Positions 57,459-64,000 of a stretch of 64,000 nt of DNA are shown here, piece by piece (the stretch's first letter is position 1; every line of letters starts with the position of its first letter). A model generated the notes under the pieces. It did not search any database, was not told the DNA's origin, and worked only from the letters and a program-made list of their open reading frames with translations. Source of the stretch: Vitrella brassicaformis CCMP3155 (taxonomy: Eukaryota; Protista; Chromerida); assembly GCA_001179505.1 (NCBI GenBank), contig CDMY01000340.1:49259-113258 (forward strand), written 5' to 3'. The position numbers and the translations under genes were made by a program.

Positions 57459-57639
57459 GCTGACTGAGTTTTGTCCAACTTGCGACTCAGATCTGTTAGT
57501 CCAGGTGAGGTGACGGTGAACTTGACAGCCAGGGCACGAAGAGACCGCGTTAACGGGGAGAAAGAAGGGCCGATCGGGATCTGCGAGCTTAATGATGGGA
57601 GGAAGACAGGGGGAGAAATACACAGTCGTGTAGCTACCG
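57459..57639. promoter_or_regulatory. Putative bidirectional promoter between HACD (-) and SPRTN (+)
   Basis: 181 bp between divergent ATGs. Confidence 0.45.
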
Positions 57640-59705
57640 ATGGCAGACGCTGCCGTTGATTTGACAGGGGACGGCATCGACTATGACGAGGAGTTGGCAT
57701 TAGCTCTTGCCTTGGCCGAGCAGGATGAGCTCGAGAGGGAGGCCAAGGAGCAGCCGGAGGCCGAGCCGCCCTCTTCTGCGGCGCTGCTGCCTTTGGGGAC
57801 AGATGAGGTGTTCCCTGACCTCCATGGTCTGTTCCTCCGATACAACCAGGAGTTCTTCTCGGGCCTGCTGCTGGCGTGTGAGGTGCGCTGGTCAACCAAG
57901 ATGACTCTTTGCGCTGGGCTGTGCGTGTACCAGGTCAGTCAGCAACGGACGAGGGATGGATGAGAAGCAACACAACTGGTGGTGCACGTCGGCCCCGTGG
58001 TGTGCTGTGCCGTGGTGTGGTGTGCTGTGCTGTGTGTCAGAATGCGTCAGGGTATTGCTCGATTCGTCTGTCAGAGCCTCTGCTCAAGTATCGCTCCGTC
58101 AAGGAATACAAGGTAGGTGACCACCCCGCCGCAGCACCGTGGCGGCACTCTCTTGTGACAAACCGATTCTGTCTGTCTGTCTGTCTGGGTGCAGGAGACT
58201 CTACTTCATGAGATGATCCACGCGTATCTCTTCGTCACGGCAAACAACAGAGACCACAACGCACACGGACCGGTCGGTACGGTTTGCTCGTGATCAGACA
58301 GACCAGGCTGACGACTGCATTGCATGGTGGGTCTGTTCTGTCCTTGGTCGTGTGTGTGTGTGTGTGTGTATGGGGGCAGAGTTTCCACGAGCATATGTAC
58401 CGCATCAATGCACTCACTGGTCGGCCGGTGGTTGCGGCTGGAAGGATGGGGGAAGAAAGAGCGATGGATGCGATGCCGCCACAGTGCATCACTGAGTGAT
58501 GTGACTGTGTGTGTTGTGTGATGTCTGCCTTATCTCACTTGCACACAGGGTTCAACATATCGGTGTACCACAACTTCAGGGACGAGGTCAATCACTACCG
58601 CAAACACGTGTGGCGCTGCAACGGGCCCTGCAGACACAAGCCGCCATTCTACGGATGGGTCAAACGCGCCATGAACAGGTAGGTAGGCGGGCGGGTGGGG
58701 GCGGTACTCAGTCAGTCACACCGAGTGTGGTGTTGCCATGCCATATGTGCGTGTGTGTGTGCGTGCCATGCAGGCCGCCTCAGAAGGCGGACCGGTGGTG
58801 GGCGCAGCACCAGGCCACGTGTGGCGGGACCTTCGAGAAGGTCAGCGAGCCGGAGAAGCCGCCAAAAAAGGCAACTGCCGGTGGCAACGGTGAGTGAGGG
58901 AGGGAGGGAGTCAGGGAGTGAGCAACTGAGACAGCGGCGGGGAACCAACCAACCACAAGACACCACACCCACTGATCCATCCTATTTCTGACCAACCGAC
59001 CGGTGTTGTGCCTACACTGCACTCTCCTGACTGTTGTGCAGGCAAGAAGAAGCCGATAGCGGGGCTGCAGGAGATCGACAAGTATCTCAAGAAGGTGCAG
59101 GAGCGGAAGAGCCAGGGCCAAGACCAGGGCCAGCCCCCTTCCTCACCCTCCCCCGACCAGCCCCCTCCCGACGCACCCAAGAAGCGCAAGGCGCCACCCC
59201 CTGCCGCCCCCAAACCCGCTGACGTCGACAGCGATGACATCCAGATCGTCCTGCCCTCGCCATCGAAGAAGGGCGGCCCCAATGCAGTCGGCAACAAGGA
59301 CCGTGGTGGGCGGCAGGGCACCCTCGACGCTTTCGTGAAGCGCAGCAAGAGGGAGGAGGACAAACCGCCACCGGCAGCAGCAGCACCTGCTGGTGCTGCT
59401 GCAGTGGTGGACCTGACGGACGACTCGGAGTCGCCTGCGCGTGGGGGTGAAGGTGGGAGTGGGGTTGGGTGGAAGGATGAGAGTGGGGCTGGCGAGGGTG
59501 GCGGAGGGGAGGAGGGGTGCTGCCCGGTCTGTGGGGAGAAGGTGCCTAGCGACCAGCTGAAGCCGCACATCCAGTGGTAATCGGAGAGCACCCGTTTCAG
59601 GTCGCACGGAGATGAGTTGGTTGTGTGTTGTGTGTGAGTTTTATGTTCAGTTGTATCAGGGACCCTGCCCGGCGCAAGCGAGAGGACCTGGCGCCCGCAG
59701 AGTGA
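57640..59705 (+). CDS. SPRTN: SprT-like DNA-dependent metalloprotease (Spartan/DVC1), about 8 exons
   Basis: PDLHGLFLRYNQEFF, VRWSTKMTLCAGLC, IRLSEPLLKYR, ETLLHEMIHAYLF (HExxH), HGP, ISVYHNFRDEVNHYRKHVWRCNGPC, YGWVKRAMNR, DRWWAQHQATCGGTFEKV; PIP-like QGTLDAFV; C-terminal CPVC...H..C UBZ. Last exon (to about 59705) is tentative. Confidence 0.93.
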
Positions 59706-59999
59706 CCTGACTGACCACGGACGGCTGCAATCAATGCGTCCAGTAGTGAGTGCCGTCTGAGTGTGCGTGGCTGTGCCTGCCGTGTTTTCGCGCGTGACTG
59801 ACTGACTGAGTGAGCGGACTTTGCCTGTGTTTGTAGCATAGCAGACAGACAGACGCTATACATATCTGTGTGTACATAAAGCAGTTTTGCGTCGCCGCCC
59901 TCCTCTCCTCGAGGAAATTTACATTCCCTGGAAACTGGAGGAGGGGCTTGGTCGGCTTGAAATAGGCGGAGTATTTGCCTTCCCCGAGGCCTTCACACA

Positions 60000-62172
60000 A
60001 TGGATACTGGCCGTCATGACGTCAAGGAAGGCTGTGGGTCGGTGACGGCATCGCGCGCCTCTCGACACGACGCCTCTCGACAGGAGGCAACCAACACCGC
60101 ACACACGAGAGGCTCACACGAGGCTGACAGGGAGGCCGACAGGGAGCCTGACGGGGGAAGCGGCATGGAGAAGCACTCAGGTACCTACCTCACAGTGTCA
60201 CGACTCACGAGTGCGGGCAAAGGCGGACGAGAGGACGCAATGCCATGTGCCATATATATGCCATACCGTCGTCCTGACTGCTGTGCTGCTCGGTCAGGCG
60301 AGGAGGAAGGAGTTGACGACGCCAGTGGCGAGGAGGAGGAGGAGCTCCCCAAACCCAGCGGCGTCTCGCAGGGCTTCTTCCCCCCCTTGGCACCGCTGGC
60401 AGCCTCCTCGCACCTGCTGGCCTCCCTGCTGACTCGCCAGTCGCTCGTGGTGCCTCCCCTGGCCCCTCCCCTGAGCATGAGCATGGGTGCGAGTGACCAC
60501 AGTCCCTCCGCACGGCTGCACCGTCTGGTCCGCAAGCGGCGTCAGGACGAGATGGAGGGCGGCGAGGGCGATGAGGAGGAGGAGGGCAGGGAGGTGGTGC
60601 AGCACCCCTTCGCACGGCAGAGGCTGAATAAGTGGAAGTTCCAGGCTGTCAAGGTCCGTTCGTTGCAGACAGACAGACGCAATCAGGCGGCCGCGGGAGG
60701 GAGTGGTCATGTATGTGTTGTGTTCTCGGTGTGTGTGTGTGCGTCCATCAATCAGACGGCGTCAGTGTCGCCTAGTTCTTGGCGAGAGGAGGAGGACGAC
60801 ATGCTCTTCGAGCTCGTCCAAATCTACCGGCCGCAGCAGAACAGAGAGTAAGCAACGCCTCAGGCACACCTCAGGCACCACACACGAACGACTTGACGGC
60901 TTTGCGTGGCATGGCGTGGCATGGCGTGGCATGGCGTGGCATGGCGCGGCATGGTGTGGTGTGTTTGATGCAGCTGGGTTGACATTGCGTTGAAGCTATC
61001 GAAGAGTCCCGTGTCCACCGGACGCACTGGTGTGGACGCCCACCACACACACACACACACACACGCCCTCACACGCGCACGGGCCTAGTCACTCACTCGC
61101 TCTTACTTCTTGTGTTTGTTGTGTGTCAGGCGAGCAGTGCCGTCTTCGCTGGACTCGCTGCCTAGACCCGGAGATCAACCGGTCGGTACCTACACACATG
61201 ACACCATTCCATTCCATACACACACCCCACCCCGCACCAGCCACACACGTCCACACATGGTGTTGTGTGGTGGGGGGTTACAGTGGTGCGTGGACCGAGG
61301 AGGAGGACCGCATCATCTTGTTGAAGCACAAGGAGGTCGGCAACAGATGGGCCAAAATCGCTATCGAGCTGCCCGGTGAGCCACTGGCCCACCAAGAGCA
61401 CCACTGAGCAACTGTGTTGCATTCCGTGGCTTTGTCCGTATGTCTGATCAGGCCGTTACGATCTGCAGGTCAAGAGTCGCTTCGAGCACCTCGCCCAGAC
61501 CATGACCGACGCCGAGAGGAGCGCCGCTGTTGCGAACAGCCCAGACACTGGCGAGAACCGACACTCAGGTACACCACCACACGATGCTGACAAGGCAAGG
61601 CACCTACATTCCCTCTGGCCATGCGTCCGTCTCCCCTTCCCCTCAGTGCCCCCTTCGGTCACTGTGCGGCGTCCCCCGACAAACGCCAACGCATGGTTGT
61701 CCTTCTCCGAGTCGCTCGACCAATGGCGGTCCCAGCTGGCTGTCAAGGACAGCGGGGACAACAAACAGCAGCAGCGGCAGCAGCGGCAGCAGCAGCAGCA
61801 GCAGATGTCGGTGCATGACCTGTTCAACATCAATAGCATCAACAAGCAGCTGCAGCAGCAGCAGCAGCAGCAGCAGGCAGCGCCAAAGCTGAGGCCGCCC
61901 AAGGGCAAGGGCAAGAGCCTCCTCCCGCGGCCACCCAGGGCCGACGAGGGGTTCTTACTGGGCGGCGGCGGCCAGCAGACCACAGGCATGTGTGAACAAG
62001 TCAGGTACGTCTTGATGGAGGGGTGGGTCGTTAGGCGGGTCGTTGGGTGGGTGGGCAAACACTGCACGCTTTGTTGTCTGTGTGTGGTTGTGTGATGTGA
62101 TGAACAGCATGCGGATCTTGCAGGAGTTGTTGGCGGGAAATGGCACCGGCACACGCAGCAGCACTTGAGTGA
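60000..62172 (+). CDS. Two-repeat Myb transcription factor with polyQ C-terminus
   Basis: Repeat A: WREEEDDMLFELV...WVDIALKL...GRTGEQCRLRWTRCLDPEINR. Repeat B: GAWTEEEDRIILLKHKEVGNRWAKIAIELPGRYDLQVKSRF. Exon phases are consistent; terminal exon tentative. Confidence 0.88.
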
Positions 62173-63147
62173 GCATCTAAGTCGTTTCTTCCGGCGTACG
62201 GTTCACACATGACATGCATCCACACATCCGTTTATCGTCCCCCACTCCACCACACGCGCCACACCAGTACCACCACCGCCCAGCCATGCCATGCCATGAC
62301 TGGTCATTCCCTCCTCCCTCCCTCCCTCCCTCACCCACACGCTTATGGCTGTCTGCCTCTCTGGCTGCCTGGCTGTCTGGTCATCATCATACTGACCAGG
62401 TCTGCCTTCCGTGGGATGGATGTTCGTATGCCTAGCGAAGGGGAAGTTCAGGGCAGGGGGAAGGAGAGCAAAGGACCAGACCAGACGAGGGAGGAAGGCC
62501 TTCAAGGCCACCTACCTACCCTCTCACCACACCCATTGACCACACCATCGATCCATATCATCACCCTTTTCCTTCCTCGTTGCAGTGAGCGAGTCAGTCA
62601 GTAGTGGGGGCAATCACGAAGGTTGTCTGGCTGGTTTGGTTGCAGCATGCGGGCGAGCGACCGGGCGAGTGTGTTTGTATGGATGGATGGATGGATGGAT
62701 GGCACCTGTGTATGTCTCCATCCATCCATCCGTCCATCCATCCCCTCTCCCCTCCCCCCGTCCATAGGTCGTCGACTGGTCGTTTACGGGGTGGCTGGCT
62801 GGTTGATTTGGGTTGGTTTGGACGCATCGAGTGCATTCAAGGACGGACGCATGTGAGCGAGTGATCGACTGGCTGGCTGCAGGCATCATGCTGCATGGTA
62901 TGTGTGTGTGTTTGGAGAAGGACACCGACAGACTACCACGTGTAGCATCTCATCTCTCTCATTTAAACAGGGAAGTTGGTTCGAGTACACACAGACGAGA
63001 AGAGCGAGTCAGTCCAGTCGGTCATTCCATTCACATGATAATATGGACATCATCCAATCCAAGTCAGTCACCCCACGAAGACCACACCACCAGCGGCAAC
63101 CATCCTCCCCTCCCTCCCTTCCTCCCTGGCCCTCGCCACTCGGCCAT

Positions 63148-63593
63148 TCAGTAGTCGGTCCTCTTCTCGTACACTGAGAGGGAGGGAGGACACACAGCAG
63201 AGCAGAGGGAGAGCGAATAGACAGACAGACAGAAACAAACGGCCGTGTCGTCTTATGTGTGTGTCGGCTGTCGTGTGGGTGCCGGTGCATGTGGGTGTGG
63301 CTGGCTCACTGTTGTAGTTGAGCAGCTTGGAGATGAGGTCTGCGTGCGTCAGGAGCATCCGCCGGCAGCAGTACCGATTCAGATTCAGCTCATTCAGCGC
63401 CTCCCTGCATCAGCCAGACAGACAGACAGGCAGGCAGGCAGACACAAACAGGCGATGAATGACACTCTATGTATGTGGTGCGTGTCCCAAGTACCTACCC
63501 TTCTGTCTTGTCAGCAGCGATGAGGTGGACGTATTTCTCCCACAGATGGCCGATGACCTTCCCACACGTGAAGCACCGCACGGGAATTATCAT
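63148..63593 (-). CDS. RPB10: DNA-directed RNA polymerases I/II/III subunit RPABC5 (RPB10), 3 exons
   Basis: [21 protein letters not shown]...EG|[31 protein letters not shown]|MYEKRTDY*. Confidence 0.97.
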
Positions 63594-64000
63594 GGCTCTT
63601 TGCCAACAGATCTGGCGCGAGTAGAGACGACCTATGCCATGCGCACAGAGATCCCCCTTCTCCCTTTGACTTTTCTGAGTCTGCGAGCTCAGCTCGCTAG
63701 TGCTTCCGTGAAACCGCTCTCGTCACTCATGCCTCCACCGCCGCTCCCACCTACGACGTGCACACCCTTGCCCCGGTCGCCGTTCCCCGAGTGTCTGCAC
63801 GTGATTATACCGAGAGAGTGCACACACTCAACGAGGCTGTTGATCTCTTTCCCCCATCCGCCCCATCCTCTCGCCCCCCTCGACCGACGCCCAACCGACG
63901 CCAACGTCGCAGTGGGCCGATACAGCAGGCGGCACCCCTTCTGCCGCATCCGCAGACGTATCCGCAGACGTATCCGCAGCCGCCATCGGGTGCAGCGAGC

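Noticed and set aside
34667-59705. RING E3, F-box/Kelch and SPRTN as a ubiquitin-pathway gene cluster
   Set aside because: Ubiquitin-system genes are abundant in eukaryotes, orientations are mixed and unrelated genes intervene; no evidence of co-regulation.
63689-64000. Open frames at the window end with a 12-bp repeat (atccgcagacgt, about 2.5 copies, 63948-63980)
   Set aside because: Several frames on both strands are partly open and none can be assigned without downstream sequence; it may be the end or start of a neighbouring gene.
1-64000. tRNA, rRNA, spliced-leader or autonomous transposon sequences
   Set aside because: No cloverleaf, rRNA-like tract, RT, integrase or transposase motifs recognised by eye; small ncRNAs could be missed without a covariance search.

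Overview
Eukaryotic nuclear DNA: GC-rich coding sequence with many short (about 57-125 nt) microsatellite-rich GT-AG introns. The intron style and an alveolate-type voltage-sensor adenylyl cyclase suggest a chromerid, most like Vitrella brassicaformis; this is inference, not shown by the sequence. Most ORFs in the supplied track are fragments or antisense shadows, so gene models were built by hand-joining exons at GT/GC-AG sites with phase checks. Fifteen genes, left to right: 5'-open unknown protein (+); TBC RabGAP (-); phosphoacetylglucosamine mutase PGM3 (+); ion-channel-like adenylyl cyclase (+); cohesin loader NIPBL/Scc2 (-); a small single-TM protein absent from the ORF track (+); START-domain protein (-); ZCCHC10-like zinc knuckle (-); a 23-exon, about 3,966-aa receptor-like RING-H2 E3 ligase (+); a small secreted Cys-rich precursor (-); F-box/Kelch protein (-); HACD/PHS1 (-); SPRTN-like protease (+); two-repeat Myb (+); RPB10 (-). 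The best candidate for an undescribed system is the giant receptor E3: signal peptide, FG-GAP propeller, Cys-rich repeats, Ig/Calx-beta-like repeats, SEA-like module, 4 PSI, CUB, one TM, RING-H2. It lies convergent with the secreted precursor, which carries repeated RxLxD/Q motifs. Other notable points: a TBC gene lacking its Gln-finger exons around a 19-nt intron remnant, complementary (CA)n...(TG)n intron ends, two GC-AG introns and four head-to-head gene pairs. No rRNA, tRNA, CRISPR array or intact transposable element was recognised. No searches were run; all family assignments are from motif recognition.
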